A stretch of DNA of 64,000 nucleotides, taken from an uncultured Gammaproteobacteria bacterium (GTDB taxonomy: Bacteria; Patescibacteriota; Microgenomatia; UBA8517). The notes under the pieces were generated by a model. It did no database searches. It was not told where the DNA came from and saw only the letters and a list, made by a program, of their open reading frames with translations. The stretch is from the NCBI GenBank assembly GCA_964583105.1, contig CAZOUV010000002.1, forward strand, positions 26,573 to 90,572, written 5' to 3'. Shown piece after piece: positions 46,587 to 56,918 of the stretch; position 1 is the first letter of the stretch; the number at the start of each line of letters is the position of its first letter. The position numbers and the translations under genes are program-made.

Positions 46587-47865
46587 GTCTATTGCCCAGT
46601 TTTTTTCAAAGATAGTTAAATCTCCCGATATCAGGAAGAAGGTTTTAATTACGGCCCTGATTCTTGTTGTTTTTAGATTTACTTCTCATATTCCTGCCGC
46701 TGGAATTGACAAATCCTCTCTTCAGGCACTTTTTTCGGGTAGTCCATTTCTTTCTCTACTCGACGTTTTTTCGGGAGGAACTCTAGCCAATTTTTCAATA
46801 ATGGCTCTTGGACTTAACCCTTACATTAATGCCTCGATTATTTTTCAACTATTAGGTTATGTTGTCCCAAAACTTGAAGAGTTGCAAAAAGAAGGCGAAT
46901 ATGGGCAGGAGAAGATAAACCAGTACACCAAACTCCTGACGGTGCCTCTTAGTGCACTACAGGGCTTTGCAATGTATTCCCTGCTTCGTTCTCAGAACGT
47001 TATTGGCACCCTTTCTCCAATTTCCATTCTTTCTTTGATTTTAACCATGACTGCGGGAACCGTATTTGCGGTTTGGCTTGGAGATCTTATTTCTGAACAT
47101 GGTCTTAAAAACGGCATATCCTTTCTTATTTTTGTAGGAATTATTTCAAGACTTCCCGTAACCTTGGGCCAATCGGCCAGTGTTTTTCAAGCGCAGGATA
47201 TTCTCAAAATTGCAATATTTTTAGCTGTTTCACTTCTAGTCATAGCAGTTATCATTTTTATGAACGAAGCGGTAAGAAGAATTCCTATTCAGTATTCAAG
47301 AAGGGTGGGAAATATTGGAACATCACCTGTTTCAAGCTATCTTCCACTCAGACTTAACCAGGCAGGAGTTATTCCAATAATTTTTGCGGTTTCTTTGGTT
47401 TTGGCACCATCTTTAATAAGTCAATTTCTTTCAAATTCCGGAAACCCCGCAATTTCCCAAATTGCCCTAACCATTAATCGGGTTTTTACGCCTCAATCTT
47501 TACTTTACAATATAGTTTATTTCATATTGGTTTTTGGCTTTACATATTTTTATACTGCCGTTGTTTTTAACCCCGAGAAGATTTCTGAAAATTTACAAAA
47601 AGGCGGAGGATATATTCCGGGAATTAGGCCCGGAAAAGAAACCGCCAAATATTTATCTTTTGTTCTTTCAAGAATAACCTTGGTGGGAGGGGCTTTCTTG
47701 GGAGCAATTGCAGTTCTTCCTTCTTTGTTTCAAAAAACAATCGGGGTGGCAAACCTTGCAATTGGGGGAACAGGAATATTAATCGTTGTTTCGGTTGTTT
47801 TGGAAATTGCCCGCGAACTTGAAGGAGAACTTGCGATGAGGAAGTATGAAGCCTTTGTAAAATAA
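46579..47865 (+). CDS. secY: Preprotein translocase subunit SecY
   Basis: Ten TM helices and [18 protein letters not shown]. Confidence 0.9.
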   Translation: MLKSIAQFFSKIVKSPDIRKKVLITALILVVFRFTSHIPAAGIDKSSLQALFSGSPFLSLLDVFSGGTLANFSIMALGLNPYINASIIFQLLGYVVPKLEELQKEGEYGQEKINQYTKLLTVPLSALQGFAMYSLLRSQNVIGTLSPISILSLILTMTAGTVFAVWLGDLISEHGLKNGISFLIFVGIISRLPVTLGQSASVFQAQDILKIAIFLAVSLLVIAVIIFMNEAVRRIPIQYSRRVGNIGTSPVSSYLPLRLNQAGVIPIIFAVSLVLAPSLISQFLSNSGNPAISQIALTINRVFTPQSLLYNIVYFILVFGFTYFYTAVVFNPEKISENLQKGGGYIPGIRPGKETAKYLSFVLSRITLVGGAFLGAIAVLPSLFQKTIGVANLAIGGTGILIVVSVVLEIARELEGELAMRKYEAFVK

Positions 47866-47866
47866 T

Positions 47867-48514
47867 ATGAATATACTTTTAATAGGACCTCAGGGATCAG
47901 GTAAAGGAACGCAAGCTAAACTTTTGACCAAAAAATTGGGTTTTTATTACTTTGAAATGGGCGGTTTTTTACGAGAATTAGCAAAATCCAATCCAGAAAT
48001 TTCAAAAATTCAGAATGAAAAAGGAAAGCTTGTTCCCGATGATATGTTTTTCTTTGCAATGAAAGGACTTTTGGGAGAGAAAATAAAATCTAGCAAGGGA
48101 ATTATTCTTGACGGCTTTCCAAGAAACATAAATCAATACAAAATTATTAAAAATTGGTTTGAAGGACAGGGAGAAAAGATAGATATTGCATTTCTAATTG
48201 ATATAAGCGAAGAGACAACCATAAAAAGATTATCTGCCAGAAGGTCTTGTCAAAAATGTGGAAAGATATGGAATTTGGTGACAGCACCCCTTCCTCCATC
48301 GGAAGATAAATGCGATTGCGGAGGTGATCTTTTTCAAAGAGAAGATGATAAACCGGATGCAATCAAAAAAAGACTTCAGGAATACAATGATGTAACAATA
48401 CCATTGGTTCAACTTTTGGATAAAGAGGGAATTCTAGTCAAGGTTAACGGAGAAAAATTAATTGAAGAAATTCAGAAAGACCTCATAGAAAAGATTGAGA
48501 GTTTAACTAATTAA
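47867..48514 (+). CDS. adk: Adenylate kinase (with Cys4 zinc lid)
   Basis: GPQGSGKGTQA and a lid with CQKCGK...CDCGG. Confidence 0.9.
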   Translation: MNILLIGPQGSGKGTQAKLLTKKLGFYYFEMGGFLRELAKSNPEISKIQNEKGKLVPDDMFFFAMKGLLGEKIKSSKGIILDGFPRNINQYKIIKNWFEGQGEKIDIAFLIDISEETTIKRLSARRSCQKCGKIWNLVTAPLPPSEDKCDCGGDLFQREDDKPDAIKKRLQEYNDVTIPLVQLLDKEGILVKVNGEKLIEEIQKDLIEKIESLTN

Positions 48515-48515
48515 A

Positions 48516-49277
48516 GTGAATAAATTCTATGCCAAAACGCCTCAAGAGATAGAAATAATGGCTGAATGTGGTCAAAAACTTGCCAGAGTTAAAAAATTTC
48601 TTTCTGAAAAAGTAGCTGAGGGAATAAGCGCTTGGGATATTGAGGAGCTTGCGGTCAAACTTATTAAGGAAGAAGGAGCTGAAGCTTCCTTTAAGAAAGT
48701 TCCCGGCTATTCCTGGGCAACCTGCGTTAATGTAAATGCGGGACTTGTTCATGGAATTCCCAAAAAGGAGGTTGTGTTTAAAAAAGGGGATGTTGTCAGT
48801 GTAGATTTGGGACTTTATTTTAAAGGTTTTCATACGGATTGTTCATTTAGTAAAGGAATTGACGTGGGTTCAGAAACCGAAAAATTTTTAGATTGTGGAC
48901 GTAAAGCACTTAAAGATGCAATAGCAAAAACCATTGCAGGGAATAGAGTTTATGACATCTCTGAAGCTATTGAAAAAAGTATTAAATCCTTTGGATATAG
49001 TCCCATAAAAGCATTGGTTGGTCACGGTGTGGGAAAGGAACTTCATGAAGATCCTCAAATTCCTTGTTTTCTGCCCGGACCACGAAGTGAGAGTATTGAA
49101 ATTGTTGAAGGAGCTACATTTGCCATTGAAGTAATGTATACTCAGGGAGCTCCCGATTTGGTTCAGGAAGAAGACGGGTGGACAATCGCAACTCAGGATG
49201 GTAAAATATCAGCACTTTTCGAAGAGACTGTGGCCGTAGTTTCCGGTCGGGCAAAAGTATTGACCGGCTTTTTTTAG
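48516..49277 (+). CDS. map: Methionine aminopeptidase type I
   Basis: The pita-bread fold metal ligands (D...D...H...E...E) are positioned as in MetAP. Confidence 0.85.
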   Translation: MNKFYAKTPQEIEIMAECGQKLARVKKFLSEKVAEGISAWDIEELAVKLIKEEGAEASFKKVPGYSWATCVNVNAGLVHGIPKKEVVFKKGDVVSVDLGLYFKGFHTDCSFSKGIDVGSETEKFLDCGRKALKDAIAKTIAGNRVYDISEAIEKSIKSFGYSPIKALVGHGVGKELHEDPQIPCFLPGPRSESIEIVEGATFAIEVMYTQGAPDLVQEEDGWTIATQDGKISALFEETVAVVSGRAKVLTGFF

Positions 49278-49281
49278 GTAA

Positions 49282-49500
49282 ATGGGAAAAACTTTAGGAA
49301 CAGTTGAGGTTAGCGGGGTTGTTACCCAGGCTTTACCCAACACAATGTTTAGAGTAGAGCTTATCGATAAAAGGGTGGTTTTAGCTACTCTTACGGGAAG
49401 ATTAAGGAGAAATTTTATAAGAATTTTTCCGGGAGATAAGGTTAAGGTTGAGATGACACCCTACGATGAGGAAAGGGGAAGGATTAGTTATAAATTCTAA
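49282..49500 (+). CDS. infA: Translation initiation factor IF-1
   Basis: [22 protein letters not shown]...RISYKF (S1-like OB fold). Confidence 0.9.
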   Translation: MGKTLGTVEVSGVVTQALPNTMFRVELIDKRVVLATLTGRLRRNFIRIFPGDKVKVEMTPYDEERGRISYKF

Positions 49501-49508
49501 TTAATATT

Positions 49509-49622
49509 ATGAAAGTTCAAAGTTCATTACAAAAAAGATGTAAAGATTGTAAGTTTGTTAAGCGTCATGGAATCATTTTTGTTATTTGCAAGAACCCGAA
49601 GCATAAACAGAAACAAGGCTAA
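49509..49622 (+). CDS. rpmJ: 50S ribosomal protein L36 (37 aa; below the ORF-track threshold)
   Basis: Manually translated as [37 protein letters not shown], showing the C..C...C..H zinc ribbon. Confidence 0.85.
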   Translation: MKVQSSLQKRCKDCKFVKRHGIIFVICKNPKHKQKQG

Positions 49623-49625
49623 AAT

Positions 49626-50039
49626 ATGGCAAGAATTGCAGGATTAGAGCTTGATGATAATTGGAAAGTAGATTTTGCTCTTACCAGAGTTAAGGGTATA
49701 GGCTGGCCGTTGGCTAAAAAAATGACAGATTCATTGAAAATTGACACATCTAAAAGAATGAAGGACTTAACTCCAGAAGAAGTTGCAATGATAACCGCAG
49801 AGCTTGAAAAATATGATACGGAAGGAGATCTTTTTAGAAAAGTTCGGGCAAATATTGCGCGACTTCAGACGATTGGAAGCTATAGGGGTTCAAGACACGT
49901 CAAAAACCTTCCCGTTAGAGGACAAAGAACAAGAGTGAATGCAAGAACTAAAAGAGGAAAGAGAAAGACAATAGGTGCTTTTAAAAAGGAAGTTTTAAGC
50001 AGCAAAAAAGTTGAAGGGTCAAGCGAATCAAAGAAATAA
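49626..50039 (+). CDS. rpsM: 30S ribosomal protein S13
   Basis: MARIAG...KGIG...GSYRGSRH. Confidence 0.9.
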   Translation: MARIAGLELDDNWKVDFALTRVKGIGWPLAKKMTDSLKIDTSKRMKDLTPEEVAMITAELEKYDTEGDLFRKVRANIARLQTIGSYRGSRHVKNLPVRGQRTRVNARTKRGKRKTIGAFKKEVLSSKKVEGSSESKK

Positions 50040-50041
50040 AT

Positions 50042-50416
50042 ATGGCTGTAAATACAATTAAAAAACAGATAGATTTAGCAAAAATTTACATTTCAGCATC
50101 TTTTAACAACAGTTTGGTTACGGCAACAAACGAAAAGGGAGAGGTTTTGGCGTGGGGATCTTCAGGTTCGGTTGGTTTTAAAGGAACCAGAAAATCCACA
50201 CCTTTTGCTGCAACATCTGCAGTAGAAAAAGTAATGAATAAGATTAAGAACGAAAATGGGGTTAAAGAAGTTGAAATTTATATCAAAGGTCCGGGTCCGG
50301 GTAGGGATGCGGCACTCAGAGCCGTTAAGGCATCGGGGGTTAAAATATCCCTTATTGCTGATATTACTCCCATTCCGCACAATGGCCCTAGACCCAAAAA
50401 AAGGAGAAGGGCTTAA
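50042..50416 (+). CDS. rpsK: 30S ribosomal protein S11
   Basis: IYISASFNN...GSSGSVGFKGTRKSTPFAA. Confidence 0.9.
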   Translation: MAVNTIKKQIDLAKIYISASFNNSLVTATNEKGEVLAWGSSGSVGFKGTRKSTPFAATSAVEKVMNKIKNENGVKEVEIYIKGPGPGRDAALRAVKASGVKISLIADITPIPHNGPRPKKRRRA

Positions 50417-50433
50417 TTTAATAAATTATTAAA

Positions 50434-51033
50434 ATGGCAAGATATACAGGTCCAAAAGACAGATTATCAAGAAGAGAAGGCTTTGATCTTTTTGGGACGG
50501 GGCTTAAGTTAACCAGATTAACAGTTCCGCCCGGTGTTCATGGACCAAAAGGTACAAGGGGATCTTCTCAATACGGTAAACAATTGAGGGAAAAACAGAA
50601 AGTTAAAAGACTTTATGGTCTTTTGGAAAAGCAGTTCAGAAAATATGTCGAAATAGCTCTTAAAACCAGGGGTAATACCGGAGAGAGGCTTATCGGTATT
50701 CTTGAAAAGAGGTTGGACAATGTTATTTTCCGTTTGGGATTTGCTCCTTCAAGGCCTTCTGCTAGACAGATTATTTCCCACGGGCATGTTTTGGTTGATG
50801 GCCAAAAAGTTAATATTCCTTCATACGAGCTTAAAGTCGGACAAACTGTTACCTTGGATTCCAAAACTATCAATATGCCCTTGATTGCCAAACTTCTCAA
50901 AAACGAAGAAACAAAAATTCCTTTATGGCTTGAGAAAAAGGCGGTTGTCGGAAAAGTTGCAAGAGAGCCAAAGCGTGAAGATATTACCGAACCTATTAGT
51001 GAGCAGGATATAGTTGAGTTTTACTCAAGGTAA
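50434..51033 (+). CDS. rpsD: 30S ribosomal protein S4
   Basis: MARYTGPKDRLSRREG..., with the S4 domain. Confidence 0.9.
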   Translation: MARYTGPKDRLSRREGFDLFGTGLKLTRLTVPPGVHGPKGTRGSSQYGKQLREKQKVKRLYGLLEKQFRKYVEIALKTRGNTGERLIGILEKRLDNVIFRLGFAPSRPSARQIISHGHVLVDGQKVNIPSYELKVGQTVTLDSKTINMPLIAKLLKNEETKIPLWLEKKAVVGKVAREPKREDITEPISEQDIVEFYSR

Positions 51034-51067
51034 AGGTAGAATACCAAAGCTTGGAGGTGAATATACG

Positions 51068-51982
51068 ATGAATGTACCATTATTTGAAATTAAAGAAGAA
51101 AAAAAGGACAAAAATTATGCAAAGTTTGCAATTACTCCTCTGGAAAGAGGTTTTGGGGATACTTTAGGAAACTCCTTAAGAAGGGTTCTTTTAAGTTCTC
51201 TTCCTGGAGCAGCAATTACATCCGTCAAGATTGCGGGTGTCAAACATCAATTTTCTACTCTCAAAGGGATGAAAGAAGATGTTGTTGAATTTTTGCTCAA
51301 TTTGAAAAAGGTTAGATTCTCATATTCTGGCGAAAAACCTGTCAAGGCATCTATTTCGGTTAAAACAGCAGGAGAGGTCAAGGCAAAGGATATAAAGGTG
51401 GGGCCTAATGTAAAAATTGCCAATCCAGAATTTGTTTTGGCAGTTATTAATAAAGGCGCAAAACTTGAAGCGGATATGGAGATTGAAACAGGAGTTGGTT
51501 ATTCACCAGCCGATGAAAGATCATCTGGAGAAATTGGAACAATTCCTTTGGATGCATCGTTTTCTCCAATAGTCAGAGTTAACTACAAAGTTGAAGAAAC
51601 TCGTGTAGGAAGGCTTACAAATTACGATAAATTAAATTTCGAAGTTTGGACCGACGGAACAATTGATCCGAAGGAAGCCATTATCTCTGGAGCAAAGATT
51701 CTCATATCGCATTTCAATCAAATAGTTAATCCCAAAGCGGTTGCTAAAGAAGAAAAAGTTGTTGATAACAGTCTTGGAATTACAGGAAAACTTTCTGTTG
51801 AGGAAATAGGTCTTCCGACAAGAGTGGCCAATGCATTATCAAAAGCAGGTTATGAAACAGTTGATGAGTTATATCTAGCCAAAAGAGAAGATTTGGCAAA
51901 AGTAAGAAATTTAGGAGAAAAATCTCTTAAGATAATTAAGGCCGCACTTGGTCAGAAAGGTGTAACCTGGGAGGTAATCTAA
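51068..51982 (+). CDS. rpoA: DNA-directed RNA polymerase subunit alpha
   Basis: The start is at the ATG at 51068. The N-terminal dimerisation domain reads LERGFGDTLGNSLRRVLL, and a C-terminal domain follows. Confidence 0.9.
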   Translation: MNVPLFEIKEEKKDKNYAKFAITPLERGFGDTLGNSLRRVLLSSLPGAAITSVKIAGVKHQFSTLKGMKEDVVEFLLNLKKVRFSYSGEKPVKASISVKTAGEVKAKDIKVGPNVKIANPEFVLAVINKGAKLEADMEIETGVGYSPADERSSGEIGTIPLDASFSPIVRVNYKVEETRVGRLTNYDKLNFEVWTDGTIDPKEAIISGAKILISHFNQIVNPKAVAKEEKVVDNSLGITGKLSVEEIGLPTRVANALSKAGYETVDELYLAKREDLAKVRNLGEKSLKIIKAALGQKGVTWEVI

Positions 51983-51983
51983 A

Positions 51984-52424
51984 ATGAGAAAGATGGTTTT
52001 TGGAAAAAAACTTTCCCGAGGAAAAAAGGGAAGGGAGGCTTTATTGAGGTCTTTGATTAGGGCCCTTGTTGTTGACGGTAAGATTATGACAACAAGAGCC
52101 AAGGCTAAGGCGATTGTTGCTCAGGTTGATAAAATCGTAACTTTAGCCAAAAAGAAAACTTTGGATTCAAGAAGAAGAGTTCTTGCTTATTTGGGAAACG
52201 ACAGAAAGACCACAGAAAGATTGGTAAATGTCTTAAGCCCATCTTTTTTAGGAAGAAACAGTGGTTATACCAGAGTGATCTTGCTTCCTCCGAGAAAGGG
52301 AGACAACGCCCAAATGGCCAGACTTGAGTGGGTTGATGAAGTTAAGGAAGTTAAGAAAGAAGAGAAGAAGATAAGGACTAAAGAAACAAAAAAAGTAGTT
52401 AAGAAGGAAACTAAAAAGAAATAA
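51984..52424 (+). CDS. rplQ: 50S ribosomal protein L17 (K/E-rich tail)
   Basis: KKLSRGKKGREALLRSL... Confidence 0.85.
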   Translation: MRKMVFGKKLSRGKKGREALLRSLIRALVVDGKIMTTRAKAKAIVAQVDKIVTLAKKKTLDSRRRVLAYLGNDRKTTERLVNVLSPSFLGRNSGYTRVILLPPRKGDNAQMARLEWVDEVKEVKKEEKKIRTKETKKVVKKETKKK

Positions 52425-52426
52425 TC

Positions 52427-52852
52427 ATGAAGACATACCACCCGACTCAAAAAGAAGTAAAGAGAAATTGGAATTTGGTTGATGCCAAAGGGGAAATTTT
52501 AGGAAGGCTTGCTTCTAAAATTGCCCAGTTTCTGACAGGAAAAGGAAAACCAACCTATTCACCCCACATGGATTCGGGAGATTATGTTGTTGTGATCAAT
52601 GCAGAAAAAGTTGAATTAACGGGAAGAAAAAAAATACAGAAAGTTTACAGAAGTCATTCTGGATATCCGGGAGGCTTTAAGGAAGTTACTTTTGCTAAAA
52701 TGAGTTTGGAAAAACCAGAAGAAATAATCAAACATGCAGTATTAGGAATGCTTCCCGACAATAGATTAAAAAGAGATAGGGTAACAAGACTTAAGATAGT
52801 TAAAGGAGATAAAAATCCTTTTGAAGATAAATTTGAAAAGAAATCTAAATAA
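52427..52852 (+). CDS. rplM: 50S ribosomal protein L13
   Basis: NWNLVDAKGEILGRLASKIAQFL. Confidence 0.9.
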   Translation: MKTYHPTQKEVKRNWNLVDAKGEILGRLASKIAQFLTGKGKPTYSPHMDSGDYVVVINAEKVELTGRKKIQKVYRSHSGYPGGFKEVTFAKMSLEKPEEIIKHAVLGMLPDNRLKRDRVTRLKIVKGDKNPFEDKFEKKSK

Positions 52853-52858
52853 AACAAT

Positions 52859-53260
52859 ATGGCAAAAATAAACTATACATATGCGGGAGGAAAAAGAAAG
52901 GAATCATCTGCCAGAGTGAGGATATATAAAGGAAAGGGGGAAAATACCGTAAATGGAATTTCTGCAGAAAAATATTTCCCTGGAAAAGTTTCCGAAAGTG
53001 TTTGGAAAAAGCCATTTGGGGTTACGGAAACATCTGAAAAATACTACTTTAGTGCAAAAGTTGTTGGTGGAGGAAAACAGGGACAACTTGATGCGGTTGT
53101 TAATGGAATTGCAAAAGCGCTTGTCAAGGTTTCGGAAGAAAAATATAAAAAAGAATTAAGGAAATATGGTCTTCTTACTAGAGATTCAAGAATTAGACAA
53201 AGAAGAATGGTGGGAATGGGCGGAAAATCCCGACGTGCAAAGCAATCTCCAAAGAGATAA
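52859..53260 (+). CDS. rpsI: 30S ribosomal protein S9
   Basis: GGKRKESSARVRI...RRAKQSPKR. Confidence 0.9.
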   Translation: MAKINYTYAGGKRKESSARVRIYKGKGENTVNGISAEKYFPGKVSESVWKKPFGVTETSEKYYFSAKVVGGGKQGQLDAVVNGIAKALVKVSEEKYKKELRKYGLLTRDSRIRQRRMVGMGGKSRRAKQSPKR

Positions 53261-53304
53261 TCTTTTATTATTCTTTCGTTAACAATCTGTTAAAATACAA
53301 GCTA

Positions 53305-53375
53305 CGGGGTGTAGTTCACCGGTAGAATTGGCGAATGGGGTTCGTCAGAACTGAGTTCAATTCTCAGCACCCCGA
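53305..53375 (+). tRNA. tRNA-Pro (anticodon GGG)
   Basis: Hand-folded: a 7-bp acceptor stem (CGGGGTG/CACCCCG), D arm GTTC-ACCGGTA-GAAT, anticodon stem GGCGA/TCGTC, anticodon loop A-T-GGG-G-T, T arm CTGAG-TTCAATT-CTCAG, and discriminator A73. CCA is not encoded. Confidence 0.7.
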
Positions 53376-53410
53376 CCTATAGTTTACGGTATTAAGCGTA
53401 ATGTATTTAT

Positions 53411-53908
53411 ATGATCAATCTTATAGTATATAAACAAACAAAAGGTTTTTGTGGACCATTCTCCGTAAAATCTGTTCTTAATTATTATGAAGTTGAAAAA
53501 GGAGTTGACGAAATTGCAAAACTGATTCATGCAACCCATGATTACGGATGCGACCCAATAGATATTGTTGAAGGAGTTAAAAGAATGGGATTTGAAGCTT
53601 TCTATAAAAAGAATTCGTCAATTGAAGAAATAAAAAAATATGTTGAAGCAGAAATTCCTGTAATTGTTGAATGGTTTTCTCCAGAAAATAATGGCCATTA
53701 CACACCGGTAGTTGGATTTGAAAATGACGAGATATTATTAGCAGATTCTTTACTGGGAGAAATAAGAAGATTAAATATTAAAGAGTTTATGTTTCGCTGG
53801 TTTGAATTAGATAAATATCCTCCCGAGAAACCGGAAAATTTTTCTTTAAGAGAAATAATTGTTATTTATCCGAATCAGTTGTCCGAAAAAATCGTACAGC
53901 TGAATTAA
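53411..53908 (+). CDS. Papain-fold cysteine peptidase, peptidase C39-like
   Basis: A Gln-x4-Cys near the N-terminus (KQTKGFCGPFSV) and a downstream His (NGHYTPVVGF) match the C39-like catalytic arrangement. Confidence 0.45.
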   Translation: MINLIVYKQTKGFCGPFSVKSVLNYYEVEKGVDEIAKLIHATHDYGCDPIDIVEGVKRMGFEAFYKKNSSIEEIKKYVEAEIPVIVEWFSPENNGHYTPVVGFENDEILLADSLLGEIRRLNIKEFMFRWFELDKYPPEKPENFSLREIIVIYPNQLSEKIVQLN

Positions 53909-53954
53909 TTAGCACTTGAATTTTAATTTGAAAGATTGTAGAAAGATAACATAA

Positions 53955-55037
53955 ATGGCAAAGACCAAAAAAGAGCCAAAAGAAGCTCCCAAACAACAAG
54001 AAGGCGGTGCTGCAAAACTTCAAGCTATTAAACTGGCAATGGATCAAATAGAAAAACAATACGGCAGAGGTTCCATTATGAGACTAGGGGGAGATTCCAA
54101 TGAGAAATACAAAATAGAAGTTATTCCAACCGGTTCAATTGCTTTGGATTTGGCTCTTGGGGTTGGAGGACTTCCAAGGGGAAGAATAACTGAAATATAT
54201 GGTCCTGAAGCTTCGGGTAAAACTACATTGGCATTATCTGTAATTGCAGAAGCTCAGAAAAAAGGAGGTCAATGTGCTTTTGTTGATGCAGAGCACGCAT
54301 TGGATCCTCAGAGAGCTGAGATTATCGGAGTTGATTTAGACAATCTTCTTATGAGCCAGCCCGATACTGGTGAACAGGCGCTTGAGATTACAGAAACTCT
54401 TATAAGGTCCGGAGCTTTGGATGTTATAGTTGTCGATTCGGTTGCAGCACTTGTTCCGCGTGCCGAACTTGAAGGAGAAATGGGAGATGCGGTTATGGGA
54501 CTTCAAGCAAGGTTAATGTCTCAAGCATTAAGAAAGTTAACCGGCGCAATTTCAAAATCAAAAACAGTTCTTATTTTTACCAATCAATTAAGACAAAAAA
54601 TAGGAGTTATGTTTGGTAATCCCGAAACAACTCCCGGAGGACTTGCCCTTAAGTTCTATTCATCAGTAAGAATTGATTTAAGGAGAATTGAAGTTTTAAA
54701 AGACGGGGAAAAAGTAATCGGGTCAAGACACAGAGCAAGGATTGTAAAGAATAAAGTTGCTCCTCCATTAAGGGTTGCTGAAATGGATATTATGGAAAGC
54801 GAGGGGATTTCAAAAACAGGGGGACTTTTGGATGTTGCTTGCGAACTTGGAATAATTGCCAAATCAGGATCATTTTTTAACTATGACGGAAAACCTATTG
54901 CTCAAGGAAAGGAAGCGGCAAAAGCTTACTTAGGCGAACATACAAAATTTGCGGACGAAATAGACAAAAAAATAAGAGACATGGTTGCTTCAGGGAAAAA
55001 GCTCCCCAAAGAACTAGTAGAAGAAAAAGAAGAGTAA
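53955..55037 (+). CDS. recA: Recombinase RecA
   Basis: GPEASGKTT (Walker A) and the L1/L2 loops. The ORF is 360 aa. Confidence 0.95.
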   Translation: MAKTKKEPKEAPKQQEGGAAKLQAIKLAMDQIEKQYGRGSIMRLGGDSNEKYKIEVIPTGSIALDLALGVGGLPRGRITEIYGPEASGKTTLALSVIAEAQKKGGQCAFVDAEHALDPQRAEIIGVDLDNLLMSQPDTGEQALEITETLIRSGALDVIVVDSVAALVPRAELEGEMGDAVMGLQARLMSQALRKLTGAISKSKTVLIFTNQLRQKIGVMFGNPETTPGGLALKFYSSVRIDLRRIEVLKDGEKVIGSRHRARIVKNKVAPPLRVAEMDIMESEGISKTGGLLDVACELGIIAKSGSFFNYDGKPIAQGKEAAKAYLGEHTKFADEIDKKIRDMVASGKKLPKELVEEKEE

Positions 55038-55046
55038 AATGGCCAT

Positions 55047-55664
55047 ATGCCGGTTATAACTTCAATTAAACCCCAGAAGAAAAAAGAGAGGGTAAATGTA
55101 TATCTTGATAATAAATTTGGTTTTGGAATCGATTTGGAAAACTTTGTTAAGTGTGAATTGAAACTAGAACAGGAACTTACGGAAAAAGAAATTGAAGATA
55201 TTGTTAAAAAAGCGGAGTTTCAAAAGACTTTAGACAAACTTCTTAGATTTGCAACATTAAGGCCAAGAAGCGAAAAAGAAATAAAAGACTATTTTAGAAG
55301 AAAGAAGGTTCACGAAAGTTTGTATTCAAAACTCTTTGATAAATTAAATCGTTTGGAACTTATAGATGATGAAAAATTTGCAAAGTGGTGGGTAGAACAA
55401 AGGCAGATATTTAGACCAAAACCCAAAAGAGTGCTTGAGGGAGAGTTGAGAATAAAGGGTATAGATAAAGAGATTGTTGATAAGGTTTTAGGTGAGGAAA
55501 TTGTAGATGAAGAAAAGATGGCAAAAGATTTATTGGAAAAAAAGATGTACAAATGGAAGAATCTTGAAGGTTATGAATTAAAACAGAAAATGTCACAATA
55601 TTTGATTCAAAAGGGGTTGGGTTGGGAAATTGTCAAAAAAGTGGTAAAATTACAGGTGGAGTAA
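55047..55664 (+). CDS. recX: RecA regulator RecX
   Basis: Three helical RecX-type repeats (KEIKDYFRRKKV...; IKGIDKEIVDKVL...; LIQKGLGWEIVKKVV), immediately downstream of recA. Confidence 0.65.
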   Translation: MPVITSIKPQKKKERVNVYLDNKFGFGIDLENFVKCELKLEQELTEKEIEDIVKKAEFQKTLDKLLRFATLRPRSEKEIKDYFRRKKVHESLYSKLFDKLNRLELIDDEKFAKWWVEQRQIFRPKPKRVLEGELRIKGIDKEIVDKVLGEEIVDEEKMAKDLLEKKMYKWKNLEGYELKQKMSQYLIQKGLGWEIVKKVVKLQVE

Positions 55665-55760
55665 AGGAATATGGTAGGAAAAGCTCAAAAGACAGCTTCT
55701 TTCGCCTCGAGTCTTAATTAAAAGGACTTTGTTTTCTTTGCTTCTAATTTAGAGATATAT

Positions 55761-56918
55761 ATGAATAACGATAATATTAAAAAGCTTGAAAAGATTGCTA
55801 ATTTAACTTCAGATGAAGCCAAAAAGATGCTTCTTGAAGAAGTTCAGAAAGAATTAACCGGAGAGATTGCCAAAAAAATAAGACAGGCGGAAGAAAGAGT
55901 TAAAGAAGATGCATCCGAGAAGGCTAAAGAGATTCTTGTAGACGCCATGAGACATGGGGCAACCTCCTACGTTGCCGAATATACAGTTTCAACAGTTACA
56001 GTTCCTAATGAAGATGTAAAAGGAAGAATTATTGGTGCCGGAGGAAGAAATATCAGAACTTTCGAAAGAGAGGCTGGAGTTGAAATTGAAATTGATGAAA
56101 CCAACGAAATCAGGGTTTCGTCATTTGATTCAATCAGAAGAGAAATTGCCAGACGTGCACTGGACCTTCTTATTAAAGATACCAGAATTCAACCTTCAAG
56201 AATTGAAGAAGTTGTTGCTCAAGTTAGAACCCAAATGGAAGATGTTTTATTGGAGGAAGGTAAAAGAATAGTTCATGATTGCGGAGTTTTTAACCTTCCC
56301 TTGGAGCTTGTAAGGCTTATAGGAAGATATAAATTTAGGACTTCATATGGACAAAACTTGGGAATTCATACGATTGAAGAAACAAAAATTGGAATTTCAA
56401 TTGCAAATGAGGTTGAGGCAAATGTGGATATTGTACGACTTGGATGCCTTCTTCATGATATCGGAAAGGTTGTTACCGAAGAAGAAGGAACTCATGTCCA
56501 AACAGGGGTTGCTACTTTAAAAAAATACGGATTACCCAAAGAAGTTGTTGCTGCGGTTTCTGAACATCATGAAGACAAGCCTTTCAGTTCCATAGAATCT
56601 ACCTTAGTGTGGATTGCCGATGCAATATCCGGAAGCCGTCCCGGAGCCAGATATGAACCCCATGAAGATTATGTTGGCAGAATGGAAAAGATTGAGGAAA
56701 TTGCCAAGGGTTTTTCCGGAGTGGAAACGGTATATGCCTTTCAGGCGGGGCGTGATGTTCGTGTAATAGTAAAACCCGATGAGGTAGATGATGATAAAAC
56801 TACTGTTTTGGCTCACGATATTGCCAAAAAGCTTGAAAAGGAAGCAGAATATGCCGGACAGATTAAAGTAACCGTAATCAGGGAAGTTAGGGCCTCAGAC
56901 ACAACCGCCGCGAGATGA
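55761..56918 (+). CDS. rny: Ribonuclease Y (KH + HD domains; no N-terminal TM segment)
   Basis: A KH domain (GRIIGAGGRNIRTFE) plus an HD domain (LLHDIGK...HH). Confidence 0.8.
   Translation: MNNDNIKKLEKIANLTSDEAKKMLLEEVQKELTGEIAKKIRQAEERVKEDASEKAKEILVDAMRHGATSYVAEYTVSTVTVPNEDVKGRIIGAGGRNIRTFEREAGVEIEIDETNEIRVSSFDSIRREIARRALDLLIKDTRIQPSRIEEVVAQVRTQMEDVLLEEGKRIVHDCGVFNLPLELVRLIGRYKFRTSYGQNLGIHTIEETKIGISIANEVEANVDIVRLGCLLHDIGKVVTEEEGTHVQTGVATLKKYGLPKEVVAAVSEHHEDKPFSSIESTLVWIADAISGSRPGARYEPHEDYVGRMEKIEEIAKGFSGVETVYAFQAGRDVRVIVKPDEVDDDKTTVLAHDIAKKLEKEAEYAGQIKVTVIREVRASDTTAAR

Noticed and set aside
53376-53378. Encoded CCA end for tRNA-Pro
   Set aside because: The sequence after discriminator A is CCT, not CCA, so CCA is presumably added post-transcriptionally.
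53909-53925. TTAGCACTT upstream of recA resembling a CIRCE half-site (TTAGCACTC)
   Set aside because: There is no matching inverted partner (GAGTGCTAA) 9 nt downstream, so it is a single half-site match by chance. The real CIRCE would be upstream of hrcA, outside the window.
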